Part shown: piece after piece, positions 39,862-49,687 of the stretch | How the letters are laid out: every line of letters begins with the position of its first letter | How positions within the stretch are numbered: position 1 is the first letter of the stretch | Translations under genes and position numbers: made by a program | The notes under the pieces: generated by a model | What the model was told of the DNA's origin: nothing | Database searches by the model: none | The model's input: only the letters and a program-made list of their open reading frames with translations | Assembly: GCA_965267575.1 (NCBI GenBank) | Contig: OZ254086.1 | Span: 4,288,001 to 4,352,000 of the forward strand | DNA length: 64,000 nt | Origin: Calditrichales bacterium | Lineage (GTDB): Bacteria > Calditrichota > Calditrichia > Calditrichales > J004 | Reading direction: 5' to 3'

Positions 39862-40626
39862 TTACATCGTTTTTATCGGCCAAAGCCGGGTCAGCGCTTC
39901 GCTGGCCTTATGCCGTACAACATAATCAAACAAACCGGAAATATCTGTTTTCTTAGGATTGATTTCTACCGTGATCGTATCCGTGTGGCGCGCCCGGTAT
40001 ACCGGTTCGGCGATATAGGGAAACAGCCCGCTTGTGCCCACGCAAAAGATCATGTCCGGCTCGGTGCTGCGCAGATAATCAAAAGCACTGATCGCATCAT
40101 ACGGCAGCATTTCGCCAAATAGAACCACGTCCGGACGGATGACGCCCTCGCAGGAGTGGCATTTTGGCGGCAGTTGCGGTTTTCCTTCGAAATCGTTCAA
40201 CAGTTCGTGGGCATTGTAGCGTTCGCCACAGGCTACGCAAAACAGATCAAAAGCATGGCCGTGTATTTCGATAAGATTTTTGCTGCCCGCGGCACGATGC
40301 AATCCATCCACATTTTGCGTCAGCACCAATACGTTCTCCTTGCGGGTTTCAATGTCAGCGATGATTCTGTGCGCCTCATTTGGCTCCGCTCCCACGCAGG
40401 CTTTACCCACCTGCCACAGATATTTCCAGCTAAGCCCGGGATTTTGCTCAAATGTTATTCCGCTCAAAGCCTCCTCGATATCCATGCCATCGGCTGTTTT
40501 TTTGCCTTCGTACAGACCGCCCACGCCACGGTACGTCGGCAACCCCGATTCGGCGGAGACACCCGCGCCGGTCATAAAAACAATATTTTCGGCTTGCTCC
40601 AGCAGCGCCCGGATTTCATCCATCAT
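39862..40626 (-). CDS. cobB: NAD-dependent protein deacylase (sirtuin)
   Basis: TGAGVSAESGLPTYRG, TQNVDGLH, HG, CxxC...CxxC, RPDVVLFGE, GTS. Confidence 0.93.
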   Translation of the reverse strand: MMDEIRALLEQAENIVFMTGAGVSAESGLPTYRGVGGLYEGKKTADGMDIEEALSGITFEQNPGLSWKYLWQVGKACVGAEPNEAHRIIADIETRKENVLVLTQNVDGLHRAAGSKNLIEIHGHAFDLFCVACGERYNAHELLNDFEGKPQLPPKCHSCEGVIRPDVVLFGEMLPYDAISAFDYLRSTEPDMIFCVGTSGLFPYIAEPVYRARHTDTITVEINPKKTDISGLFDYVVRHKASEALTRLWPIKTM

Positions 40627-41450
40627 CGTGGTTCGTCCTCTCTTACTGCAACGATTGTGATCATCGGCGGGGTAAATAAAAAGGCAGCGGGGTTGGCGGC
40701 CGTTTCATCAAGCGCCACAACAATCTCACGCCATTCCTGTTCGTTAAAGCGTCCCTTGCTGAGCATCAGCGGGCCGTAGGTTTTGCTGAACAGGTAAAAC
40801 CATTTCCAGGTCTGCTCGCCGCCTCGCGCCACACGCTGCAGCGGATGCAGCTTTTCAACGCGAAAGCCGTTTTCCGTCAACATGCGCGGCAGGTATCCGC
40901 CGATGTCATAGCCAAAACCTTCTTCGGCGGCGCTGTCATAAAAATGACCGAGCAGCTTTTCCAGGGCCGGGCGACTCGGAAAGACCCGCGCGGCGCGGTA
41001 GTTAAAATAGTCCCAAACAAGCAATTTAGCGCCCGGTTTGAGCAGCCGTCCGGCTTCCTTCAGAACCTCTTCCGGCTTTTCCATAAAACACAGAAGCCAG
41101 CGGATAAAGCAAATATCGGCCACGCCCCCGTCCAACGGCACCTTCCGCGCATCGGCCTTAACAGCTTCAATTTGGGGCAGCCCGTTTGCCGACACGTTGG
41201 CCCGCACGTGGTCGAGATATTTGTCCGAATTATCCACGGCGTAAACGCGCCCATTAAGACCTGCACGCTGTGCCAGGTCAAAACTGGCAAAGCCCGGACC
41301 GCAACCGATATCGATGACAGTCATACCTTTTTTAACAGGCGCGCTGTCCAGCAGGCGGTCCGTTTCGCCCTGCCAGACCTGGTGCTGAAAGCCCAGTCTT
41401 TTCAGCTCTTCATCAGACGTACCGAGAATGTATCGGTTTTCTTTTTTCAT
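40623..41450 (-). CDS. Class I SAM-dependent methyltransferase
   Basis: YILG..EELKRLGFQH, IDIGCGPG, LKPGA; ATGA overlaps at both ends. Confidence 0.9.
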   Translation of the reverse strand: MKKENRYILGTSDEELKRLGFQHQVWQGETDRLLDSAPVKKGMTVIDIGCGPGFASFDLAQRAGLNGRVYAVDNSDKYLDHVRANVSANGLPQIEAVKADARKVPLDGGVADICFIRWLLCFMEKPEEVLKEAGRLLKPGAKLLVWDYFNYRAARVFPSRPALEKLLGHFYDSAAEEGFGYDIGGYLPRMLTENGFRVEKLHPLQRVARGGEQTWKWFYLFSKTYGPLMLSKGRFNEQEWREIVVALDETAANPAAFLFTPPMITIVAVREDEPR

Positions 41451-42709
41451 GGCGCCTGTTCTTTTATATGCGTTTTGTACCACGCGGCGCTTTGACGGGC
41501 ACTTCGCGCATAGTGGTCATCAAAATCCACTTGATACAACCCGAAACGCGGCTTTGTGCCTTCCAGCCATTCGTAATTGTCGGTAAACGACCAGTAAAAA
41601 TAGCCCTGCAGCGGCCATCCTTTGCGCCGGGCTTTGTCCACAAAATCCAGGTGACGCTGCAAAAAATCGACGCGTTCGGAATCGTTCTCTGTGGCAATGC
41701 CGTTTTCGGTGATCATGAACGGTTTGCCGGTTTTATTAACAAGATTCATAAAATCCCACAATCCGCGACTGTGGTTTTCCCAACCCATCATGCTTTGCCC
41801 TTCCCCGCCGGCTTCACGAAAATACATTTGAAAAGGCCGATGCCTGTTAAACGCAAACTTCACATGCATGCGGTAATAATAATTGATACCCCAAAAGTCG
41901 ATGGCATCATCCAGGGCAATATCGCGATTAAAAGAAACCAGCGGCGCCAGCCTGAATTGCAATCTGTTATTACAAAAAGCTTTTAACAGCATACGATTGT
42001 AAAACTGGTCCATGATGTATTGCATACCGTGGTCCGGCAGATACCAACTACGCCCGGCCCGGAAGCTGATGAAATTTTTGGCGATGCCAACCTGTGCCTG
42101 AGGACGCTGCTCATGGATGAGATCATAAACGCGACGGTGCGCCACGAGCATGTGATACAATCCCAGCATAGCCCTGTTTAAATCGGATTCCCCCGGCGGA
42201 AAACGGCCGTCACCGTAGGCGGCCAAGAGCCAGACCAGCGGTTCATTCAGGGTGATAAAACGCTTTACCTGCGGCGGAAGATGGTTCAGCAGCTTGCCTA
42301 CAAAGCGTTCAAAAACAGCAACGGATTTTTCCGCGGTCCAGGGGTTCTCCCGATGGAACCAGGCCGGATGCGAAAAATGCAACAATGTCACCAGCGGCTC
42401 AATGCCATATTGCAGTAGGCGCTCGATCATCCGTGTGTATTGCTGCAGGGCCTGCTCATCCCAGACGCCGGGCTGCGGCTCGATGCGCGCCCATTCCAGC
42501 GAGAGGCGGTAGGCATTTACGCCCAGCTCGCGCAGTAATTGGAAATCCCTTTCCCACATCTGCCAGTGATTGGCCGCCTTGCCATACAGCACGGGTTTTC
42601 CGTTTGCTTTAAACCGGCCCTGCCGCTCCCATTCCGTCATGTCATTTTCGATGTGCCCTTCGCTTTGAAAAGCGGAGCTGGCGACACCCCACAAAAATTT
42701 ATTGTCCAT
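41447..42709 (-). CDS. Glycoside hydrolase family 1 (beta-glucosidase-like)
   Basis: FLWGVASSAFQSEG, YRLSLEWARI, TLNEP, INYY, ITENG, WSFTDNYEW. Confidence 0.95.
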   Translation of the reverse strand: MDNKFLWGVASSAFQSEGHIENDMTEWERQGRFKANGKPVLYGKAANHWQMWERDFQLLRELGVNAYRLSLEWARIEPQPGVWDEQALQQYTRMIERLLQYGIEPLVTLLHFSHPAWFHRENPWTAEKSVAVFERFVGKLLNHLPPQVKRFITLNEPLVWLLAAYGDGRFPPGESDLNRAMLGLYHMLVAHRRVYDLIHEQRPQAQVGIAKNFISFRAGRSWYLPDHGMQYIMDQFYNRMLLKAFCNNRLQFRLAPLVSFNRDIALDDAIDFWGINYYYRMHVKFAFNRHRPFQMYFREAGGEGQSMMGWENHSRGLWDFMNLVNKTGKPFMITENGIATENDSERVDFLQRHLDFVDKARRKGWPLQGYFYWSFTDNYEWLEGTKPRFGLYQVDFDDHYARSARQSAAWYKTHIKEQAP

Positions 42710-42838
42710 AAATGATGCTTTACACGCTGACAATTTTTATTTTCTGCCCGGATTGTTCTGTTTAATCAAAAACAGTAATCAGGAAATTACTTCTTAAATT
42801 TAAAATTCAAAAATTGCATTTGAACTAGAAGGTCGTTT

Positions 42839-43927
42839 ATGCAACTGGTACCCAAACATATCACGGATCTTCAGCCCTACAAAGCGGGCAAGTCCATAGA
42901 AGATCTGAAAAAGGAATTCAAGCTTTCGCGCGTGGTCAAGCTTGCTTCCAACGAAAATCCCATCGGGCCATCGCCCAAAGCACTGGAAGCCATAAAGGCG
43001 ACGCTGGACGGGTTGCACCGTTACCCGCACCCCGGCTTTCCCGAGTTGCGCGCTGCCCTGGCCAAACGCTTCGACGTGAAAACAGAAAACGTCATAACCG
43101 GCCACGGCTCGGAAGGGATCATGTCGCTGATCATGCGTACCTTCCTGCTCGATGATGAGGAGGTGCTGACATCAAAGGGTACTTTTATCGGTTTTCGGGT
43201 GCTGGCGCAATCGCGCGGTGTAAAGATGAATACTGTGCCGCAAACCAAAGATTACCGTATCGACCTGAAAGCGATCGCCAAGGCGATTACGCCTAAAACC
43301 AAAATTATTTACCTGGCCAATCCCAACAATCCCACCGGCTCCATTTTTACGGTGCGCGAGTTTCTGGATTTTATCAAACAGGTGCCGGAGCATGTTCTGA
43401 TCATTATGGATGAAGCCTATTTTGAGTTTTGTTTTGAAGATCCTGTTTATCCCGATTCGATGAAGTATCGCCTGGATAATGTGATCACGCTGCGCACATT
43501 TTCCAAGGCTTACGGGCTGGCCGGTATACGCATCGGCTATGGTTTTGCGCACGAAGACCTGATCTCCAACCTGATGAAGGTAAAGCTGCCCTTTGAACCC
43601 AGTATTCCGGCGCAGGCGGCCGGCCTTGCCGCCATGGATGACCATGATTTCCTGGAACAGTATATTCATCTGAACCAGCAAGGCATTCAGTTTTTATACA
43701 ACCTGTTTGATGAACTCGGCTTGCGATACATCCGCAGTTATGCCAATTTTGTTACGCTTGTGCTGGAAAACGAAGCTGCCGTTAACAGGATAAATAACGC
43801 TCTTTTACGCGAAGGCGTGATCGTACGGCCGCTGGCTTCTTTTGGTCTGCCCAATTGCCTGCGCGTTAACAGCGGCACCAAAGATGAGATGACATTTTTT
43901 GCCCAAAAGCTTAAAAAAGTTTTGTAG
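42839..43927 (+). CDS. hisC: Histidinol-phosphate aminotransferase
   Basis: KLASNENP, NPNNPTG, DEAY, RTFSKAYGLAGIRIGY. Confidence 0.93.
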   Translation: MQLVPKHITDLQPYKAGKSIEDLKKEFKLSRVVKLASNENPIGPSPKALEAIKATLDGLHRYPHPGFPELRAALAKRFDVKTENVITGHGSEGIMSLIMRTFLLDDEEVLTSKGTFIGFRVLAQSRGVKMNTVPQTKDYRIDLKAIAKAITPKTKIIYLANPNNPTGSIFTVREFLDFIKQVPEHVLIIMDEAYFEFCFEDPVYPDSMKYRLDNVITLRTFSKAYGLAGIRIGYGFAHEDLISNLMKVKLPFEPSIPAQAAGLAAMDDHDFLEQYIHLNQQGIQFLYNLFDELGLRYIRSYANFVTLVLENEAAVNRINNALLREGVIVRPLASFGLPNCLRVNSGTKDEMTFFAQKLKKVL

Positions 43928-44025
43928 GGATCGAACAAAAGAAATAAATCAGAGGCTTGAACGTCTGCGGAGGCCGTTGTATATTGCAGATATCATGCCA
44001 AAAAGGAATAAAAAATAAATAACAC

Positions 44026-45489
44026 ATGAATCAGATATCACTCGGACAACATTTAAAACTCGAACAAAAACTGACGCCACAGCAAATTTTGCTGTCGACT
44101 TTGCTGCAATTGCCTCTGCTGAACCTGGAGCAACGCATCCTGAGTGAAATAGAACAGAACCCGCTTTTGGAAGAAGGTGAAGAGGAGGAAACTGAGACCG
44201 AGATCGATTCCACCGAGAAGGAAATGGAAGAGGTTGAGGAAGATCTGAAGCACCACGAGGACGAAAACTCCAACGAGGATTACGATAAAAAGGAGTTGGA
44301 AGAGGCTCAGGAAGACACCAACATTGAAGACCTGTTCAAGGATGAAGACACCTTCGAGATACGCATTCCCAAAGATAAAAATGAAGATGAATACGAGCGG
44401 CCCGAAATAAGCCGGGTCAGCCTGCAGGAACATTTGCAGGAACAGATGCATGTGGTAAAGTTCAACGACCTGGAGCGGGAGATTGGCGAGCACCTGATCT
44501 GGAATATCCGCGATGACGGCTACCTTGACAGCAGCGTGCACCTGAACCAGGTGGCGCATGATTTTGAGACCGACCTGGAAACAGTGGAAAAGGTCTTGCG
44601 CAAAATTCACAGGCTGGAGCCAACCGGCGTAGGCGCGCGCAGCCTGCAGGAATGCCTGCTGGTACAAATGGAAGAGCAGCCGGACCCCAACCCTGTGGCG
44701 CTGAAAATCCTGCGCGATCATTTTGAAGACTTTAAGAATAAGCGCTTTGACAAAATTTTAAATATCCTTGAAATAAACCGCGACCAGCTGCAGGAAGCGA
44801 TCGATTGCATTTTACGCCTTACGCCCAAGCCCGGCGAAGGCATGTTCGATGTACGTACCAACTACATCGTGCCTGATTTTACCGTGGAAAAAGTGGACGG
44901 TAAATTCATCGTCAGCCTGAATGACTGGAACATCCCGCCGCTGCGCATCAGCAAGACCTATAAAAATATGCTGCTTGACAAGAAAAACACCAGCAGCGAA
45001 ACAAAAAAATATCTGCGCGATAAGGTTGAAAAAGCCCGCTGGTTCATCACATCCATCTATCAGCGCAAAATGACCATGCTCAGAGTGATGGAGGCGATCG
45101 TTAACCGCCAGGAGGAATTTTTCGACAAAGGACCGGATTACATAAAGCCGCTCATCATGCGCGAAGTAGCCGATGATATCAAAATGGATATCTCCACTGT
45201 GAGCCGCGTTTGCAACAGCAAATACGTACAGACAGATTACGGCGTTTTTGAGCTGAAATACTTTTTCAATGAGAAAATTGAGAACGAAGAAGGCGAAGAA
45301 ATTTCCACGCGGATTGTTAAAAACCATATTCGCGAAGTGATCGGCAAAGAAGATCCAAAAAAGCCATTGAGTGATGACAAGTTATCACAGATCCTTAAAA
45401 AGCAAGGTTATCCCATCGCCCGGCGCACGGTGGCCAAATACCGCGAGCAGCTGGGCATCCCCGTGGCCCGTTTGAGAAGGGGTCTTTAA
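44026..45489 (+). CDS. rpoN: RNA polymerase sigma-54 factor
   Basis: Gln/Leu-rich region I, NPLLE, GVGARSLQECL, STVSR, RpoN box ARRTVAKYRE. Confidence 0.98.
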   Translation: MNQISLGQHLKLEQKLTPQQILLSTLLQLPLLNLEQRILSEIEQNPLLEEGEEEETETEIDSTEKEMEEVEEDLKHHEDENSNEDYDKKELEEAQEDTNIEDLFKDEDTFEIRIPKDKNEDEYERPEISRVSLQEHLQEQMHVVKFNDLEREIGEHLIWNIRDDGYLDSSVHLNQVAHDFETDLETVEKVLRKIHRLEPTGVGARSLQECLLVQMEEQPDPNPVALKILRDHFEDFKNKRFDKILNILEINRDQLQEAIDCILRLTPKPGEGMFDVRTNYIVPDFTVEKVDGKFIVSLNDWNIPPLRISKTYKNMLLDKKNTSSETKKYLRDKVEKARWFITSIYQRKMTMLRVMEAIVNRQEEFFDKGPDYIKPLIMREVADDIKMDISTVSRVCNSKYVQTDYGVFELKYFFNEKIENEEGEEISTRIVKNHIREVIGKEDPKKPLSDDKLSQILKKQGYPIARRTVAKYREQLGIPVARLRRGL

Positions 45490-45578
45490 TAAAGGAAACA
45501 TTCCGCTTTTTTACGCTTATCTTAATTTTCCAACTCCGCAGGCTCATACAAAAACTAAATGATGTAAGGATTGAATAA

Positions 45579-46136
45579 ATGCCTGACAATACAACTCAAT
45601 TTCATGCGACGACAATTATCGGCATACGCCATAAAAACCAGGTGGCCATTGCCGGAGACGGCCAGGTAACGCTGGGCAACACGGTTATGAAAAACACGGC
45701 GCGCAAAATCCGCAGGCTTTATAGCAACAAGATTATCGCGGGTTTCGCCGGGGCTGCCGCCGATGCGTTCACCCTTTTTGAGCGCTTTGAAGAAAAGCTG
45801 GAACGCTACTCGGGAAACCTGCCCAAGTCGGCAGTGGAACTGGCCAAAGACTGGCGCTCCGACCGCTACCTGCGCCGTCTGGAGGCGCTGCTAATCGTAA
45901 TGGATGACAAAAACACCTTTGTCATTTCCGGCACCGGTGATATCATTGAACCGGATGACGGCATCGCGGCAATCGGCTCCGGCGGGTCCTTCGCGCTGGC
46001 AGCGGCACGCAGCATGATCAAATATTCAAAGCTCTCGGCGGCTGAAATCGCACGGGAGGCACTGGAAATCGCGGCCGATATTTGCATCTACACCAACAAA
46101 AATATCGCTGTGGAATCCCTGGATCAGGAGAAATAA
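45579..46136 (+). CDS. hslV: ATP-dependent protease peptidase subunit HslV
   Basis: [45 protein letters not shown]. Confidence 0.97.
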   Translation: MPDNTTQFHATTIIGIRHKNQVAIAGDGQVTLGNTVMKNTARKIRRLYSNKIIAGFAGAAADAFTLFERFEEKLERYSGNLPKSAVELAKDWRSDRYLRRLEALLIVMDDKNTFVISGTGDIIEPDDGIAAIGSGGSFALAAARSMIKYSKLSAAEIAREALEIAADICIYTNKNIAVESLDQEK

Positions 46137-47491
46137 TGAAAGAATTAACACCCATACAGATTGTAAAAGAACTGGACAAATACATCATCGGGCAGCGCAA
46201 GGCCAAGAAGATGGTGGCCATCGCCCTGCGAAACCGCTGGCGCCGGCAGCAGGTTGAAGACGACCTGCGCGAGGAAATCATGCCCAACAACATCATTCTG
46301 ATTGGCGCCACGGGCGTTGGTAAAACGGAAATATCGCGTCGCCTGGCCCGGCTGGCCGGTGCGCCGTTCACCAAGGTGGAAGCTTCCAAGTTTACGGAAG
46401 TGGGATACGTTGGTCGCGACGTGGAATCGATTATCCGCGACCTGACGGAGATCGGCATCCAGATGGTTCGAGAAGAGAAAACAGCCATGGTGCAGGACAA
46501 AGCGCGCGAGCAAGCAATGGAAAAAGTGCTCGATCTGTTGCTGCCGCCTCTGAGCAAAAGACCCAAGCCGGTCGGCGAAATGGAAGAAGGCGACGAACTG
46601 GAACTGCGCCACGAACGTACCCGGGAGAAACTGCGCGCCCAACTGCACGAAGGCAAGCTGGATGACCGCAAAGTGGAAGTGGACATCCCGCAGGACAACA
46701 CGCCGATGATGCAGATATTTTCGCCCATGGGCATCGAGGAGATGGGCCTCAACCTGCAGGAAATGTTTGGCGGCATGATGCCCAAGCGCTTTAAAAAACG
46801 AAAAACCACGGTGAAGGAAGCGATAGAAATTTTAACCCAGCAGGAAGCGCAAAAGCTGGTGGATATGGACGCCGTGGTGCGAGAGGCTATGGACCGTGTT
46901 CAGAACAGCGGCATCGTTTTTGTGGATGAGATCGACAAAATCGCCGGCGGTTCCTCCAAGCAGGGGCCGGATGTGTCGCGCGAAGGTGTGCAGCGCGATC
47001 TGCTGCCCATCGTAGAGGGAACGAGCGTAACCACCAAATATGGCATGGTCAAAACAGATCATATTCTGTTTATAGCCGCGGGCGCCTTCCACGTCAGCAA
47101 GCCCTCCGATCTGATTCCCGAGTTGCAGGGCCGCTTTCCGATCCGCGTAGAGCTGCAAAGCCTTAGCCAGGATGACTTCGTGCGCATTCTGACCGAACCC
47201 AAGAACGCGCTGATCACGCAATACAAGGCATTGCTGGAGACGGAAGGCGTAAAAATGGATTTCAGCAAGGAAGCAATCGCCGAAATTGCCGAAATTGCCG
47301 CGCAGGTAAATACACGTGCCGAAAACATTGGCGCGCGCCGCCTGCACACGATCATGTCCACGCTGCTGGAAGAGGTGCTGTTTGACGTGCCCGACAAAAA
47401 AGTGGATAAGATCGAGGTTTCCAAAGATATGGTGCGTGAAAAACTGCGCGATATTATCGAAGACGAAGACCTCAGTAAATATATACTGTGA
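46136..47491 (+). CDS. hslU: ATP-dependent protease ATPase subunit HslU
   Basis: TAATG coupling to hsl[40 protein letters not shown]. Confidence 0.98.
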   Translation: MKELTPIQIVKELDKYIIGQRKAKKMVAIALRNRWRRQQVEDDLREEIMPNNIILIGATGVGKTEISRRLARLAGAPFTKVEASKFTEVGYVGRDVESIIRDLTEIGIQMVREEKTAMVQDKAREQAMEKVLDLLLPPLSKRPKPVGEMEEGDELELRHERTREKLRAQLHEGKLDDRKVEVDIPQDNTPMMQIFSPMGIEEMGLNLQEMFGGMMPKRFKKRKTTVKEAIEILTQQEAQKLVDMDAVVREAMDRVQNSGIVFVDEIDKIAGGSSKQGPDVSREGVQRDLLPIVEGTSVTTKYGMVKTDHILFIAAGAFHVSKPSDLIPELQGRFPIRVELQSLSQDDFVRILTEPKNALITQYKALLETEGVKMDFSKEAIAEIAEIAAQVNTRAENIGARRLHTIMSTLLEEVLFDVPDKKVDKIEVSKDMVREKLRDIIEDEDLSKYIL

Positions 47492-47551
47492 TCAGGCCGC
47501 ATAAATGCCGTTTGCGCGATTGAATTAATTGTGCTGCGAACGTATATTTCA

Positions 47552-47587
47552 GGCGCCTTCCGGTTTTCCGGCGGGCGTTTTTTGTTT
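47552..47587 (+). terminator. Intrinsic terminator after hslU
   Basis: GGCGCCTTCCGG-TTTT-CCGGCGGGCGTT followed by TTTTGTTT. Confidence 0.7.
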
Positions 47588-47649
47588 GTAAGAATTTGAC
47601 ACTATCATGGAGGCTGCCCGCTGCGGGCGGATAAGAAAAAGGAGGCACT

Positions 47650-48564
47650 TTGAAACGCGATTTTGTATCCATAGCCGATTACAGCCGGCAAGAAATTGAA
47701 GCGATTTTTGATCTGACTGATGAATTAAAACAAAAAACAAAAAAGGGCGAAGAGCACCATCTGTGCAAAGGCAAAACCATGTCGATGATCTTCGCCAAGC
47801 CCTCAGCACGTACCCGTATCTCTTTTGAAACGGGGATGTACCAACTGGGTGGTTATGCCCTTTATCTATCGCCAAACGATATCGGCATTGGCAGCCGTGA
47901 AGCGGTTAAGGATATTGCCCGCGTCATCTCCCGCTATAACGACATTATCATGGCGCGTCTGTTCGACCACGCCCATATGATCGAGTTGGCCGAATACGCC
48001 GATGCGCCGGTCATCAATGGTCTTACGGACTACAACCACCCCTGCCAGATCATGGCCGACATGTTCACCATAAAAGAGCACAAAAAGCGCCATACTGACC
48101 TTAAGATCTGCTATATCGGTGACGGCAACAACATCGCCAACAGCTGGATCAACCTGGCTGCAAAGCTGCCCTTTCATTTGGTTATCTGTTCGCCTTCGGG
48201 CTATGAGCCGGATGCCAAAACGCTGGAAAATGCGCGTGCCGCGGGGATAAGTACCGTTGAAGTAATCAGCGATCCGCACAAAGCCGTGGACAACGCCGAT
48301 GTTATTTATACCGATGTTTGGGCCAGCATGGGCCAGGAAGCAGAGGCCATGCAGCGGAAAAAAGTTTTTATGCCTTACCAGGTTAATACCAAGCTGATGG
48401 AACACGCGCGCAAAGATGCTCTTGTTATGCACTGCCTGCCGGCCCACCGCGGCGATGAAATCACCGATGAGGTTATCGACAGCCCGCAGTCAATTGTTTT
48501 TGACGAGGCCGAGAACCGCATGCATGTGCAAAAAGCGATTATCGTAACATTGCTGAACAAATAA
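47650..48564 (+). CDS. argF: Ornithine carbamoyltransferase
   Basis: TTG start after GGAGG; KPSARTR, HPCQ, GDGNN, DVWASMG, HCLP, AENR. Confidence 0.95.
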   Translation: MKRDFVSIADYSRQEIEAIFDLTDELKQKTKKGEEHHLCKGKTMSMIFAKPSARTRISFETGMYQLGGYALYLSPNDIGIGSREAVKDIARVISRYNDIIMARLFDHAHMIELAEYADAPVINGLTDYNHPCQIMADMFTIKEHKKRHTDLKICYIGDGNNIANSWINLAAKLPFHLVICSPSGYEPDAKTLENARAAGISTVEVISDPHKAVDNADVIYTDVWASMGQEAEAMQRKKVFMPYQVNTKLMEHARKDALVMHCLPAHRGDEITDEVIDSPQSIVFDEAENRMHVQKAIIVTLLNK

Positions 48565-48571
48565 ACCATTG

Positions 48572-48606
48572 AAAAAGGGCTGCCGTCAGCGGCGGCCCTT
48601 TATTTT
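48572..48606 (+). terminator. Intrinsic terminator after argF
   Basis: AAAGGGCTGCCG-TCAG-CGGCGGCCCTTT then ATTTT. Confidence 0.7.
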
Positions 48607-48610
48607 CCGG

Positions 48611-49630
48611 ATGAACCATCCACCCAAAAACACACATATCGAACAGCTTTCCGCAGATCAACACCGGCAGTGGGATAAGTTTGTCGAACAATCAGCGCAG
48701 GGCACACTGTTTCATACATCTGTCTGGGCAGGACTGGTTGAAAAGGTTTTTGGCAGACGTTGTCGCATAATTGTTCTAAAGAAGAGTGATGAAATTGAAG
48801 CCGGAATGATGTTCTGGCCACTTAAACGATCCTTTATCAACACTATTACACGCATAGCTGCCACCACCTACCAGGGGCCGTTGTTTAAAGACACCGAATC
48901 ATCCAAGAACTCGACCATCCGCTCGCAATACAATAAACGCTGCAATGCGTTGATTGCTTACATACAAAAGCACTACCATCTGATTGACATCCCCCTTTCC
49001 CCCGCCATAAGCGATGTGCGTCCCTTTCAATGGCAGGGTTTCAACACCTCGGTCGCCTATACCTACCGCTTTCAAATCCGCGAATATGAACAGCTGGAAC
49101 AGCAATTCAGCCAGGATTTGCGCCGGAAATTAAAGCAGATTGAATCCAAAAATGTCCGTTTTGAAAAATCTGAAGATTGCGACACCCTTGCCGGGTTTGT
49201 TGTAGAGAGCTACCGCCAGCATGGCATGAAACCGCCCGTTCCGGAAGAATCCATCCGCACATTAATCAGGGAAGCGCTGGCGCTAAAAATCGGATTGCTC
49301 TACTACCAATACGGGGGTGACCGGGTGGTGGCGGGCATTTTTGTGCTGCATGATGCGAGTTGTGTGTACGCCGTATTCAGCGGCATCGCGCCGGGCGAGA
49401 GAGAAAATGTTAACGGCGAACTGATCCACGCGCATGTTATGAGGGACCCGCAGCACCGTGGCAAAATATTCGATTTTCTGGGCGCCAACACGCAGGATCT
49501 GGAGCAGTTTAAAAGAAGCTTTGGCGGCGAACTGGTGCCTTATCCACAGGTCACATGGTGGCGCAACAACAGGGTTAAGATGTTGTTCAGACTTAAATCC
49601 GGTTATAACCTTCTAAAACGGAAAAGCTGA
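48611..49630 (+). CDS. FemAB-like / GNAT-family acyltransferase
   Basis: WDKFVEQSAQGTLFH, YQGP, FDFLGAN...FKRSFGG; start moved to ATG 48611, past the argF terminator. Confidence 0.8.
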   Translation: MNHPPKNTHIEQLSADQHRQWDKFVEQSAQGTLFHTSVWAGLVEKVFGRRCRIIVLKKSDEIEAGMMFWPLKRSFINTITRIAATTYQGPLFKDTESSKNSTIRSQYNKRCNALIAYIQKHYHLIDIPLSPAISDVRPFQWQGFNTSVAYTYRFQIREYEQLEQQFSQDLRRKLKQIESKNVRFEKSEDCDTLAGFVVESYRQHGMKPPVPEESIRTLIREALALKIGLLYYQYGGDRVVAGIFVLHDASCVYAVFSGIAPGERENVNGELIHAHVMRDPQHRGKIFDFLGANTQDLEQFKRSFGGELVPYPQVTWWRNNRVKMLFRLKSGYNLLKRKS

Positions 49631-49687
49631 CCATGCTGCTTTATTGCAATGAGAGTTATCTGGTATGACTAAGTCAAACAAGCGAAG

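Noticed and set aside
46082..46135. Extended hslU N-terminus from the ORF track
   Set aside because: TAATG coupling, the GGAG RBS and homology indicate a start at 46136.
47515..47550. ARG box upstream of argF
   Set aside because: Only a TGAAT half-site; no convincing dyad or tandem pair.
48569..48610. Extended GNAT N-terminus
   Set aside because: It runs through the argF terminator hairpin; ATG 48611 is more plausible.
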